From positions 169,163 to 209,162 of the forward strand of contig NZ_FOYH01000002.1 in the NCBI RefSeq assembly GCF_900116015.1: DNA of 40,000 bases, read 5' to 3'. The first letter of the stretch is position 1. Every line of letters begins with the position of its first letter. The notes below the pieces were generated by a model, which was not told where the DNA came from, did no database searches, and was given only the letters and a program-made list of their open reading frames with translations. The position numbers and the translations under genes were made by a program. Of this stretch, positions 1-9,420 are shown one piece after another. This DNA is from Enterobacter sp. kpr-6 (lineage in GTDB: Bacteria > Pseudomonadota > Gammaproteobacteria > Enterobacterales > Enterobacteriaceae).

Positions 1-641
1 TTACTTGCATGCTGGCGATAAAGCATCCCAGAATTGTTATCTATATACCATTTGTAATTTCTGGAGCGTGCGAAAGCATAAATAAACCAATCATGCAAAG
101 CAATATCACAAACCGAACCTTGATTATTGATAATAAATTTTTGAAGTTCAAGATAGACTGCTTTTTTAATAACATATGTACATCCGGGACCGGCAGCCTC
201 GAAATAATAATCGTACTCAACAAATGGCTGGGATTTAACAATTTCACATTGCATGCCATTTTCCCAGAATGCAGTCACATTGCTGGAATAAAAGTCATTT
301 TTATCCAAATGTGCAACGGCTCGACATAATTTATCATTTTTCCAGATATCATCCTGATCCGACAATGCAATGTATTCATCATCTTTTATATCGGAGTCCA
401 TAATGAGACGGTAAAAATTTTTAGCCGCGCCACCGAACTTCTTACCCATTGGCAAAAATTCTATATTGGAGTGCTTTGTCGCCATGGATTGAACGAGCTC
501 TTCAGTGCCATCCGTAGAAGCATCGACACTAATGATAATTCTTACATCGACTTCAGATTGCTTTAATATAGAGTCAACCTGCTCTTCAATCCATTGTTTC
601 CCATTGTAAGCGGCCAATAAGACGAGAACTTTATTTTTCAT
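1..641 (-). CDS. Family-2 glycosyltransferase, N-terminal ~213 codons only (C-terminus beyond left edge); RgpB-type rhamnosyltransferase-like
   Basis: Absent from the ORF track because there is no stop in the window. My hand translation from ATG 641..639 is open down to position 1: MKNKVLVLLAAYNGKQWIEEQVDSILKQSEVDVRIIISVDASTDGTEELV...ALSDQDDIWKNDK.... AYNGxxxIxEQxxSILxQ, DxSxDGT and DQDD are GT-A/GT2 hallmarks. The ATG overlaps the upstream gene's stop by 11 nt. Confidence 0.75.
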   Translation of the reverse strand, partial: MKNKVLVLLAAYNGKQWIEEQVDSILKQSEVDVRIIISVDASTDGTEELVQSMATKHSNIEFLPMGKKFGGAAKNFYRLIMDSDIKDDEYIALSDQDDIWKNDKLCRAVAHLDKNDFYSSNVTAFWENGMQCEIVKSQPFVEYDYYFEAAGPGCTYVIKKAVYLELQKFIINNQGSVCDIALHDWFIYAFARSRNYKWYIDNNSGMLYRQHAS

Positions 642-1449
642 TGCGATCACCATTCTTCATGCGTAATTTGTATATTCTTGAAATAAATAAACGCCTAAAG
701 AACTTTAATAGCGAAAAAGCCACCAAAAAAAAATACTTTGGCACTGTTATAAGCTTTTTATCCATTAATTCAGTATAGTTACTTAATTCACCAGTTTCCA
801 TTTTCCACAACTTTGCCCCAAGTCCTGCGCCAGAGGCATATGGATGTTTATCATCTGCATAACTTATAATATTATCACGTAGTACAGCGCTTTTGAATTG
901 ATGAGTGACGTAATAAAAAAAGAGAGCATCCTCACTATATCGCCTACCTTCAGCAAAACCATCAATTACGTTAAAAACTTCTTTACGCATAATCACTGTA
1001 GAAGGTTGAAAATATTGCTTCATTAACTGCATTTGATACGTGACATGGATATGGTCGCCACGATCGTCAGCGCTAATAAATCTGTTCTGATACCCACCAC
1101 CAACAACAAAATAGTCGCTATTTGTCAGAAAAGTCATTTGCTTTTGGGTTTTTTCGTTTCGCCACTCGTCATCAGCATCCAGAAAAGCTATATATTGCCC
1201 ACAACTGCGTCTAATGCCGTTATTTCTAGCGGTCGCTACGCCTGTATTTGCCTGCCTGATTAGATCAATATTAATATTGTGCTCTTGAGCAAATTTCGTT
1301 ACTTTCTCGGCGGTGCTATCAGATGAGCCATCATCAATTACAATTATTTGAAAATCAAATGCACCCTCTTGCCGGATAACAGACAGTAAGGCTCGTTCAA
1401 TAGTATCCTGCGCATTATAAGCCGGAATGATGACGCTGATTTTACTCAT
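631..1449 (-). CDS. Family-2 glycosyltransferase (O-antigen)
   Basis: 272 aa. SVIIPAYNAQDTIERALLSVIRQ...IVIDDGSSDST...FLDADDEW are classic GT2 (GT-A fold, DxD) motifs. Same strand and tight spacing within the O-antigen operon. Confidence 0.85.
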   Translation of the reverse strand: MSKISVIIPAYNAQDTIERALLSVIRQEGAFDFQIIVIDDGSSDSTAEKVTKFAQEHNINIDLIRQANTGVATARNNGIRRSCGQYIAFLDADDEWRNEKTQKQMTFLTNSDYFVVGGGYQNRFISADDRGDHIHVTYQMQLMKQYFQPSTVIMRKEVFNVIDGFAEGRRYSEDALFFYYVTHQFKSAVLRDNIISYADDKHPYASGAGLGAKLWKMETGELSNYTELMDKKLITVPKYFFLVAFSLLKFFRRLFISRIYKLRMKNGDRNEK

Positions 1450-1498
1450 AATAATATATTCTTATAATAACTAGGTCATATATAATAGAACTCAGATT

Positions 1499-2536
1499 TT
1501 ATAAGTGCATAGAGAACACTTTTTTCCATGAGTTTACTACTGCATCTGGGTAAAACTTTTTACTGCTAGCGACAGCATTTTTTGATATATAATCGCAAAG
1601 CTGATGATCATCTAATAACGTCAGACATTTTTCTTTAAGCGCCTGTAAATCTCCGTTTTCAATCAAAAATCCATTTACACCATTATCAATAAGTTCTGCA
1701 GGGCCGGTAGGACAATCATAACTCACTACTACACAACCGGCTGCCATGGCCTCGATAATGACCATTGAAAAACTTTCACGTTCAGAGGTTACAATCAAAA
1801 ATTTTGACTTTTGAAAATCTCTAAAAATATCGCTGGATTTACCGCTTAATACCTCAGCAGCCGATGGAGAAGATGATAATAAGTGCTCATACTCTTCGCC
1901 ATGGCCAAATAATTTTGACGTAACGCCCCGGTAATTCTTGATATAATCGTGTAACTTTAAGAAATGGGTAAATCTTTTGATTTGATGTAATCTTCCAGCT
2001 GCAACGAAGTCAACAGGACGTATAGCAATAGGTTCATTGACCGCATCTGTTGCAAAGTTAACATCTAAAATATTGGGGATTGTATATACCTTACTGAACC
2101 ATTTACTGTAATATTCATTATCTTTTTTGGTCAGACAGACTATAGCATCACATCCCAAACGGTAAGAATATTTACGTAAAAATCTTACCCGTGGTTTATG
2201 CGCATAATAATCAGCATGCTGATGAGCAATTAGCATGAATCTCTTTTTAGTGAATTTCCTTAGTAGCGAAAGGTAAAACGAAATTCGATCATAAGCTGAT
2301 ATTAGTACAGTGTCAGGAGGAAGTGTCTTTAAAAAATCCCATAACTTATGAACTTCATTTTTACCTGGCAATAATCGATATTGTTCATTTGCATCAATAT
2401 GGATCTCAGCATTTTCATGTAATGAAACAATTTCAGCATCATAGCCAGAATGTTTGAGAGTATTCACTAAGGTAAAAGAACTTCTTTCTATTCCACCTAA
2501 ATCACAAGCATTAAGTACCAATACATATATTTTCAT
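1499..2536 (-). CDS. GT4 (GT-B fold) glycosyltransferase (O-antigen)
   Basis: 345 aa. The C-terminal ESFSMVIIEAMAAGCVVVSYDCPTGPAELIDNGVNGFLIENGD matches the E-x7-E retaining GT4 signature. Confidence 0.8.
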   Translation of the reverse strand: MKIYVLVLNACDLGGIERSSFTLVNTLKHSGYDAEIVSLHENAEIHIDANEQYRLLPGKNEVHKLWDFLKTLPPDTVLISAYDRISFYLSLLRKFTKKRFMLIAHQHADYYAHKPRVRFLRKYSYRLGCDAIVCLTKKDNEYYSKWFSKVYTIPNILDVNFATDAVNEPIAIRPVDFVAAGRLHQIKRFTHFLKLHDYIKNYRGVTSKLFGHGEEYEHLLSSSPSAAEVLSGKSSDIFRDFQKSKFLIVTSERESFSMVIIEAMAAGCVVVSYDCPTGPAELIDNGVNGFLIENGDLQALKEKCLTLLDDHQLCDYISKNAVASSKKFYPDAVVNSWKKVFSMHL

Positions 2537-2593
2537 AGAACGTAGAATCTCTTGGCATACTAAATATTTTAGTGATCATTTTTATGACTAGAA

Positions 2594-3622
2594 CTATAGG
2601 ATGTTATGGTAGATATAACCTTCCATTGTTGTATAGCCATTAATCTTGTAAGCTGTTACCAGGAGTAACACGCCAAAGAGCACTAATTTCTGCATTAAAT
2701 TTTTGCAATTATAAAGAATTAACCCATAAAGGATGGCATCGTAAACTAAGAAATACAGGCTCAAACGAACAGCGATATCGGGAAAAGAAGGATAAAGTGC
2801 GAGGTAGCAAAACATACCTACCAAATAAAGTTTTAAGAAAATATTATCACGTACTTGTCGCAAAGGGACGACCATTAGCAAAAGTAAAACTGGTAATACC
2901 CTTTTTATACATCCCAGGAGATAGTCCATAGTGGAGTATGTTGAGTTATATGCACTATCAGTATAAAGCTCAACATTACGGAAATATCCTAAACTACTTA
3001 GATATTCTGATAATGTCAAAAATGAGCCAGCTATGACAAACGAACACAGAGAAGCAATTAATATATTTCTGTATCCAACTTTAAAATAATTAACTATATA
3101 TGCCAGAGAAAAAACAATCGCAGTTTTATGAAACAAGCAGGCAACAAATATCGTAATAGCAAATAAAAAAAACTGCCTTCTAACCACAAAAAATATTGAA
3201 ATTAGCGAAATTGACAAAGCTATACTTTGACGCATTCCACTCAAATTTAAATAAAAAAACAAATCTGAAAAGAAAACGAGTAAAGCGACATTTTTATAAT
3301 GTGAAAACTTATCAAGAAAGAAAATCAATAGAGCAAAGTTGAGAGTGTTAATTATCATTAACACCCAAGGATAACTTAACCCATCTAATAAGCGATAAAT
3401 ACTCGCAAACCCAATTTCAATATTCTGGCTAACAAGTTCATACTGATTGATATACATATTTTCATAAGCATACCAATCAAGACCTACGTTACTGCGTGTT
3501 GCTGCAAAAATCACAAGCACCACTACAATAAAGAAGGTCATAAGATCTTGATAGGCTTTTCGGTGATAAAAAGCATCAGAGAAAGCTATTATCGCCAGCA
3601 AAAGATATAGTAAAAAATACAT
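2594..3622 (-). CDS. wzy: O-antigen polymerase Wzy candidate (EpsG-like polytopic membrane protein)
   Basis: 342 aa, very hydrophobic with about 10 predicted TM stretches. It has no enzymatic motif and extreme AT content. It is the only second polytopic protein besides the Wzx candidate. The call is by elimination and size. Confidence 0.6.
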   Translation of the reverse strand: MYFLLYLLLAIIAFSDAFYHRKAYQDLMTFFIVVVLVIFAATRSNVGLDWYAYENMYINQYELVSQNIEIGFASIYRLLDGLSYPWVLMIINTLNFALLIFFLDKFSHYKNVALLVFFSDLFFYLNLSGMRQSIALSISLISIFFVVRRQFFLFAITIFVACLFHKTAIVFSLAYIVNYFKVGYRNILIASLCSFVIAGSFLTLSEYLSSLGYFRNVELYTDSAYNSTYSTMDYLLGCIKRVLPVLLLLMVVPLRQVRDNIFLKLYLVGMFCYLALYPSFPDIAVRLSLYFLVYDAILYGLILYNCKNLMQKLVLFGVLLLVTAYKINGYTTMEGYIYHNIL

Positions 3623-3679
3623 TTAACACCTTAATCAGGTTATTCCGCAATATACCAATTGCCGTAGCATTTGTAAAAA

Positions 3680-4732
3680 TTATTTAGAGTTAAAATACTT
3701 AGAAATAATTTTCAAATATGAATCACCGTTAACGTTGCAAGGCTCAATATAATTTCCTTCAGCCCATTCATTCCAAGATTTAATCATCAACATCTTTCTT
3801 TTCATTTTACAGACTAAGTTTGCGGTATTTTTTACATGCTCTTCAAATAATACAGGGGAATTATTTTTTAAAATCACCCCTTTTTTACCATGTCTAATGC
3901 TCGAATCCCATCCCGGGAAAATAACAGGTATTTGCAACGAGCCAGGATCAATGTCCATGTTCATTTTTCTGGCGCATCGTTCATATTGATAGATGCGAGG
4001 AATAAAGATATTGAAGCGCTGAAGTTTAACAATGAGTAAATCGAAACATTTTCTTATAAAAGTTCTATGTTTCATAAAATCACAACTATTCAAATACTGG
4101 TCTACTAATTTAGTTTCTGGATCACCAGGCAGCATGTTTTCGCCAATAAAATAGATACCATCAAAACCTTCAGCCTGCGCTCTGGCAGTAAAATACTTAA
4201 TAAGTTCCTTGCCATTTAATGCATTCTTAAGATCGTAGATAAAGAATACAGGCTTATTATCGATCTTAGTGTATCGTTCGTCTTTAAAAAATGGCAGCAA
4301 GTAATTAAAATATGATTCCAAAGAAAAATCGTAATGTTGTTTTTTTAAGAGTTTGTTTTCTGTTTTATTCCACCAGGTATGGTTTGCCCACGCAAAACAG
4401 AATTTGACATCAATATCACTTTTTAATAACAACTCTGCTGGTTTTTCAAGCAACATATCATGATCGTTAAACCAGTAATGCCAGAAACAAAAAGATGTAA
4501 TACCATTGTCTTTAGCAATTTTATATTGTTTCTCAATAACCGAAACATCATTTAAATCATAGTAACCCAGAGGCTCAATTGGTTGTGGTATTACATGATC
4601 CTTAAAAATTTTCTTAGCACTTTTGAGCTTGACCCATTCCGTAAAACCTTTGCCCCACCACTGATCGTTTTCGGGAATAGCATGGAATTGCGGTAAATAA
4701 TAAGTAAAAATTTCTTCAACTTCAGTTTTCAT
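3680..4732 (-). CDS. WbsX-family (GH99-like fold) putative glycosyltransferase
   Basis: 350 aa. The N-terminus YYLPQFHAIPENDQWWGKGFTEWVKL and the C-terminal SWNEWAEGNYIEP match the WbsX family signature as I recall it (AYYLPQFHxxxENDxWWGKGFTEW...NEWxEG). Confidence 0.75.
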   Translation of the reverse strand: MKTEVEEIFTYYLPQFHAIPENDQWWGKGFTEWVKLKSAKKIFKDHVIPQPIEPLGYYDLNDVSVIEKQYKIAKDNGITSFCFWHYWFNDHDMLLEKPAELLLKSDIDVKFCFAWANHTWWNKTENKLLKKQHYDFSLESYFNYLLPFFKDERYTKIDNKPVFFIYDLKNALNGKELIKYFTARAQAEGFDGIYFIGENMLPGDPETKLVDQYLNSCDFMKHRTFIRKCFDLLIVKLQRFNIFIPRIYQYERCARKMNMDIDPGSLQIPVIFPGWDSSIRHGKKGVILKNNSPVLFEEHVKNTANLVCKMKRKMLMIKSWNEWAEGNYIEPCNVNGDSYLKIISKYFNSK

Positions 4733-4780
4733 AAAAATCCAGGAATAAAATGAATGACTTAGGTGTTTGCCAAAATTATT

Positions 4781-5416
4781 TTAATTTTTGTATACACGCT
4801 GATTAATCGCGGAAAGAATTTCTTCGTCGGGAGATTTATAGAATAAACCTACATCATCATCAGCTATGTTACTTAAATCTAGAGTAGAAAAATCAATTTG
4901 GTTAGCATATTCGATTTGTTGAGGCGTTAATCTCATGCTGATTGTCTTTGCGGGATTTCCTCCAACTATCGCATAAGGAGGAACGTCTTTCGTTACTACA
5001 GAACCAGCAGCTATTACAGCCCCACGGCCAATCTCGACTCCTGAAAGAATAGTCACATTACATCCTATCCATACGTCATCATTGATTATGATTGGCCCCT
5101 TTGTACTTGCATCAATTATTTTATTTAAGTTCTTTTTTGCTGATACAGGAAATGAGGTCATACCCAGCGTAGAATGGTTACCGCCCAGAACAAAAGTTAC
5201 ATTACCCGCAATCGAAACATAATGTCCAATTTCAAGCCGTTCAAGAGGATTCCCCCATTCCAATACATAAAGGGAACCATAGGTCATTTTACCAACCTGA
5301 ACTTTTTCAAAATCAAAATTGTTTATAATTGCAGTGTCATTGTGTTTATTTCTTTTTCGCCATGCATGCTTACGCATTAATAATTTCAGATTTCTTTTTA
5401 TAAATGACACTAACAT
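4781..5416 (-). CDS. Hexapeptide-repeat (left-handed beta-helix) acetyltransferase, XAT/CatB-Vat-like
   Basis: 211 aa. DVWIGCNVTILSGVEIGRGAVIAAGSVVTKDVPPYAIVGGNPAKTI is a typical LbH hexapeptide run and C-terminal cap of the xenobiotic-acetyltransferase class common in O-antigen clusters. Confidence 0.8.
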   Translation of the reverse strand: MLVSFIKRNLKLLMRKHAWRKRNKHNDTAIINNFDFEKVQVGKMTYGSLYVLEWGNPLERLEIGHYVSIAGNVTFVLGGNHSTLGMTSFPVSAKKNLNKIIDASTKGPIIINDDVWIGCNVTILSGVEIGRGAVIAAGSVVTKDVPPYAIVGGNPAKTISMRLTPQQIEYANQIDFSTLDLSNIADDDVGLFYKSPDEEILSAINQRVYKN

Positions 5417-5452
5417 TGGTTTTTCCTGACGTTTAAAATCTTCTCATTAATA

Positions 5453-6721
5453 TTAAGCAGAGTGAGATTTATTGGATACAAGTGACTCAATAGCATTGAC
5501 CTGGCATTGTGAAGTGCACCTCTGTAAAGCCAATTGACGACTACTTTCTTTAAGAGCCGCTAAACAAGCATCATCCAACTTTAAGAATTCCATGATGGAA
5601 TTAGCTAAAGCTTGAGTGGTGATATCGTCAGCCAAAAAGCCACTAGTTCTATCGACAATGAGATCTTCAGCGACCCCCACCTTAAAAGCCATAACGGGAA
5701 TCCCTGACATCAAAGCTTCGTTTATCATCATAGGACCAGCATCTTCAATTGATGGACAAATAAAGCCATCTGCCAGATTATAAAGATAAGGGTACTTATC
5801 TTTGTCATGAATAAAGCCTATATTAACAAAAGAAATACCTTCAGGTAGATTGGCCTGTGCTTGATCGCCTACAGTTAAAATAGAGACACCTTTAAGAAGA
5901 TCTGGAAAATTATCTCTAATAAAATTCAGGGCGTCTAAGACATATTTCACACCTTTTCTTGGGTCGCTTAATGATTGCGCCCCTAAGAAAATAACCCTAT
6001 TATCAGAAGGAATTTCTACGTTAATAATACTACTTGCTAATAGTTTTGTACGTGGTTTGAAAACCTGTTCATCAATGCCAATTATAGCTTTTTTAATCCC
6101 AAGTTTTGCTTTGATACCACTTGCCTCGCAACGATCATCTAACCATTTACTTGCAGACAGAAAAAAACAATCCATCTGCATGTAATATTTCTTCCGTTTA
6201 TGAAAAATATTTTTCGGAAGTTTAATGAGGTCAGGGTATTTCATAGCTGGGCAATTGTCACAATCTACTTTGTATCCTTCGCAATGCCATGGATAGTGAC
6301 ATCCGCCTGTAAACATAGCGGCATCCATCAAATAGAATGCAACGGGGCATCCGTAATGTTTTTGAATTTTAAAGAGATCATGATCAGAAAGATAATCAGC
6401 GACGAAATAGACAATAATAAGATCCGGTTTTTGCGTATACTTTTTGAATATTTCTTTTACGCTGAACGTAGTATTATATATTAAATAAATTTTATCTTCG
6501 GGTCCGCCCCGCCGTACGAAAAATCTTCGTATCAATCGTCCTAACAAGCTGAATATCTTACGCTTGCCTTGTGATATCTCAAAAACATCTTTATCTTGTG
6601 ATGTTTTTTCCAGTACACACATGCTTGATTCGTGTCCGTACTTTTTTAGATTTGTATGTGTACGATATGCCCCAAAGAATGCACCCTTACTATCGCCAGT
6701 GGATAAATGTAAAATTTTCAT
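5453..6721 (-). CDS. GT4 glycosyltransferase, WcaC-like subfamily with Cys4 motif
   Basis: 422 aa. The GT-B C-terminal motif is EDAGPMMINEALMSGIPVMAFKVGVAEDLIVDRTSGFL. The internal TGGCHYPWHCEGYKVDCDNCP parallels TGRCAFTDGCEGWKTECQKCP of the WcaC in this same window. Confidence 0.8.
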   Translation of the reverse strand: MKILHLSTGDSKGAFFGAYRTHTNLKKYGHESSMCVLEKTSQDKDVFEISQGKRKIFSLLGRLIRRFFVRRGGPEDKIYLIYNTTFSVKEIFKKYTQKPDLIIVYFVADYLSDHDLFKIQKHYGCPVAFYLMDAAMFTGGCHYPWHCEGYKVDCDNCPAMKYPDLIKLPKNIFHKRKKYYMQMDCFFLSASKWLDDRCEASGIKAKLGIKKAIIGIDEQVFKPRTKLLASSIINVEIPSDNRVIFLGAQSLSDPRKGVKYVLDALNFIRDNFPDLLKGVSILTVGDQAQANLPEGISFVNIGFIHDKDKYPYLYNLADGFICPSIEDAGPMMINEALMSGIPVMAFKVGVAEDLIVDRTSGFLADDITTQALANSIMEFLKLDDACLAALKESSRQLALQRCTSQCQVNAIESLVSNKSHSA

Positions 6722-6728
6722 GCTATTT

Positions 6729-8246
6729 TCACCATTTTTTTATTTTAAAATTATGGATGGCTGTTAGGAATTGATTTTTAAATATGTAGATAAAAGCACT
6801 AATAATTGCCAGGTTAATTACTGGAGGGCATAAAATATAAAGAAATTTATATCCTGAGAATAACCCATAGCTTTGCGTTATTTTGAAAGTTGCATAAGAA
6901 ATCATGAGAATTACAAGCGTCAATAATGGGATGGTTTGGACATATCCAGTCATCTCCTTATATACACAATAACCGCCCCATAACAACATAAACAGCAGTG
7001 TTTGAACAAAATAGAATATGCAAGACCAGTGTGGTCCAAAATACTTAGCAATGAGTACTGTCAATGGGATTGTTAAAGCTGAATATAATGCATAGGCGTA
7101 AAAGTGGAACTTCAACTGTCCAGTAGAATACAAAAGTATGAAGACAAAATTCATCATCCCTGCAAAAAAGGCAGCGGAAACCAGCCATTTAGCATATTCA
7201 TTAACTGTAAAGCCTAGCTCTCTGTTTTTGAGCCATAATGAAATTAAATCTCCGCCATATAGATACATATAAGGAACCAATGGAGCGAGAAATACTATAT
7301 AACCTATCGAGCTCAGGCTAAATAGTTCAACAAATTTGATAGGATTTTTTTCTTTAACAAGCGCGCTCATTCTTGGCAATAGCAATTGTGAAAGAGGCGC
7401 AGCTAACGTAAGTACTACTGTACTCAGCTGTGCACCAATCTGATATTGTGTATAGCTTGTAAGATCTGTATAGGTTGACAAGGATATTTTATCTACTTGA
7501 CTTGCTACAACCCATATCATTGACAGACCCGATAACTGCATTGAAAACTTAATTACACTTCTAAAAGAAATGATCTCATGGACCGTTTTATCATGGGTTT
7601 CATGATATTCATTTAAATTTTTTCGCTGCATAATGATAACGTATGCAACACCTCCTGCCGTGGCAACAATATCAACAATTGCTAAACCGAGGAGAGAAGT
7701 AAAGAAAGCAATTAATGTGTTAGAGTAATAAACCAGAACGAGATACGAGCCACCATAAAAAAACGTAGTATAAAACATACTCCATATGGCGATTAAATCC
7801 TGGCGTTCCATTCCGTTAACAAAACTTTGGAGGTACGAACGGAGATATAATAATGCCAGAATTATGCCAGTGAGTTTTATACATATTATCGTTTCATCAT
7901 TTGATAAATTGGTTTTTAACCAATCATTAACTATATAGTCTGCATAATAGTTAAAGACGAAAACAAGAATACTTGCTACGACAACAAAACCACAAAAAAC
8001 CTTAAGAAATAAATTAACGACTCTTGTGAAATTTACAAGCTGATTTTTATTGGTTGCAATTAATTTAATGAATGTACCGCTAATACCTGCATCTAACAGC
8101 CCCATTAGCATGATAAGCATAGTAAAGAATGATACTATTCCATAACGTTCCGTTCCCAACATGCCGATAATTAATGGCACTAATAGCAGTGGAAATGCGG
8201 CTCTATACAACTGCGAGGCATATAATACTATTACTTTCTTAAACAT
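6729..8246 (-). CDS. wzx: O-antigen flippase Wzx (MOP/polysaccharide-biosynthesis-protein family)
   Basis: 505 aa with at least 12 hydrophobic segments. The N-terminus ...LYRAAFPLLLVPLIIGMLGTERYGIVSFF... is typical of the RfbX/Wzx family. It sits directly after the sugar-nucleotide genes. Confidence 0.7.
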   Translation of the reverse strand: MFKKVIVLYASQLYRAAFPLLLVPLIIGMLGTERYGIVSFFTMLIMLMGLLDAGISGTFIKLIATNKNQLVNFTRVVNLFLKVFCGFVVVASILVFVFNYYADYIVNDWLKTNLSNDETIICIKLTGIILALLYLRSYLQSFVNGMERQDLIAIWSMFYTTFFYGGSYLVLVYYSNTLIAFFTSLLGLAIVDIVATAGGVAYVIIMQRKNLNEYHETHDKTVHEIISFRSVIKFSMQLSGLSMIWVVASQVDKISLSTYTDLTSYTQYQIGAQLSTVVLTLAAPLSQLLLPRMSALVKEKNPIKFVELFSLSSIGYIVFLAPLVPYMYLYGGDLISLWLKNRELGFTVNEYAKWLVSAAFFAGMMNFVFILLYSTGQLKFHFYAYALYSALTIPLTVLIAKYFGPHWSCIFYFVQTLLFMLLWGGYCVYKEMTGYVQTIPLLTLVILMISYATFKITQSYGLFSGYKFLYILCPPVINLAIISAFIYIFKNQFLTAIHNFKIKKW

Positions 8247-8280
8247 AACAGCTCACAATAAAAACCAGCCAATTCTGACA

Positions 8281-9411
8281 TTACTTCATATTGAAGAATT
8301 CAGATATTTTGGAGCAAATTGAGTCTACTTGTTCCAGACTGAGTTCATAATACATCGGTAGTCTGAGTAAGCAATCTGTGTATCGGTCACTGTATTCAAG
8401 ATCCACAGCCTCGTTTCTCTCCAGAAAATAATCGCTTTTATTAAGTGATAAATAATGAAATACAGAGTGGATACCATTATCTTTGAGGAAAGCAATAAGC
8501 GATGAACGCGTTTCTATATCATTACAAACAATATAAAACATATGAGCATTGTTTGTAGCGTAAGCCGGAACATCTGGTAATTCTATTAGGTTCTCAGCAG
8601 CTAATTTAGCAAGATTTGCATTATAACGATTCCACAGCGCCTTACGTTTACTCTGGATATCATCAAGGCTTTCAAGCTGTGCATACAAATAAGCGGCAAT
8701 TATGTCTGAAGGCAAGAAAGAAGAACCGATATCAACCCAACCGTATTTATTTACTTCACCTCTAAAGAATGAAGCACGGTTAGTACCTTTTTCGCGAATG
8801 ATTTCCGCACGTTGAATATATTGCTCATCATTTATGACAAGCATTCCGCCTTCACCAGAAATGATGTTTTTTGTTTCGTGAAATGAAAACGTACCAAAAG
8901 TGCCAATGCTTCCTAACGGCCGTTCTTTATAGTATGAGTCTATTGCCTGAGCAGCATCTTCCACAACCGGGATATTATGCTCTCTGGATATAGACATAAT
9001 CTCATCCATATCACAGGCAATACCTGCATAATGCACCACTACGATTGCTCTGGTTTTATCTGTAATGCTGTTACGGATAGCAACTGGATCAATATTTGGA
9101 TTGTCGCTACAGCTATCAACAAATACTAATTTAGCACCACGTAAAGAAAACGCATTTACAGTAGAGACAAAAGTATAGGACGGCGCAATTACTTCATCTC
9201 CTGGCTGGATATCCAATAAAATGGCAGCCATTTCGAGAGCATCGGTACACGATGTTGTCAGCAGAACTTTTTTGAAACCGTATTTTTTCTCAAAGAACTC
9301 ATGACATTTTTTTGTGAATGCACCATCACCTGAAATCTTACCGTTACTCACTGCCTGAGCAATATAATTTAACTCATTTCCTTGCAGATACGGTTTATTG
9401 AACGGAATCAT
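8281..9411 (-). CDS. dTDP-4-keto-6-deoxy-D-glucose 4-aminotransferase, WecE/RffA-like (PLP-dependent)
   Basis: 376 aa. It is colinear with my recollection of E. coli WecE: MIPFN.P...GDG.FT..C...LLDIQPGDEVI.PSYTFVST.NAF.LRGAK.VFVD...VHYAG..C.MD.IM...VVEDAAQ...FSFHETKN (PLP lysine)...IIREKGTNR..FFRG.V.KY.W.DIGSS. Confidence 0.85.
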   Translation of the reverse strand: MIPFNKPYLQGNELNYIAQAVSNGKISGDGAFTKKCHEFFEKKYGFKKVLLTTSCTDALEMAAILLDIQPGDEVIAPSYTFVSTVNAFSLRGAKLVFVDSCSDNPNIDPVAIRNSITDKTRAIVVVHYAGIACDMDEIMSISREHNIPVVEDAAQAIDSYYKERPLGSIGTFGTFSFHETKNIISGEGGMLVINDEQYIQRAEIIREKGTNRASFFRGEVNKYGWVDIGSSFLPSDIIAAYLYAQLESLDDIQSKRKALWNRYNANLAKLAAENLIELPDVPAYATNNAHMFYIVCNDIETRSSLIAFLKDNGIHSVFHYLSLNKSDYFLERNEAVDLEYSDRYTDCLLRLPMYYELSLEQVDSICSKISEFFNMK

Positions 9412-9420
9412 TTTGCTGCC

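Noticed and set aside
9-329. Track ORFs 9..329 (+) and 41..259 (-) at the left edge
   Set aside because: They overlap a different minus-strand frame (1..641) that has clear GT2 motifs and a coupled start. The track ORFs have no motifs and sit in implausible context.
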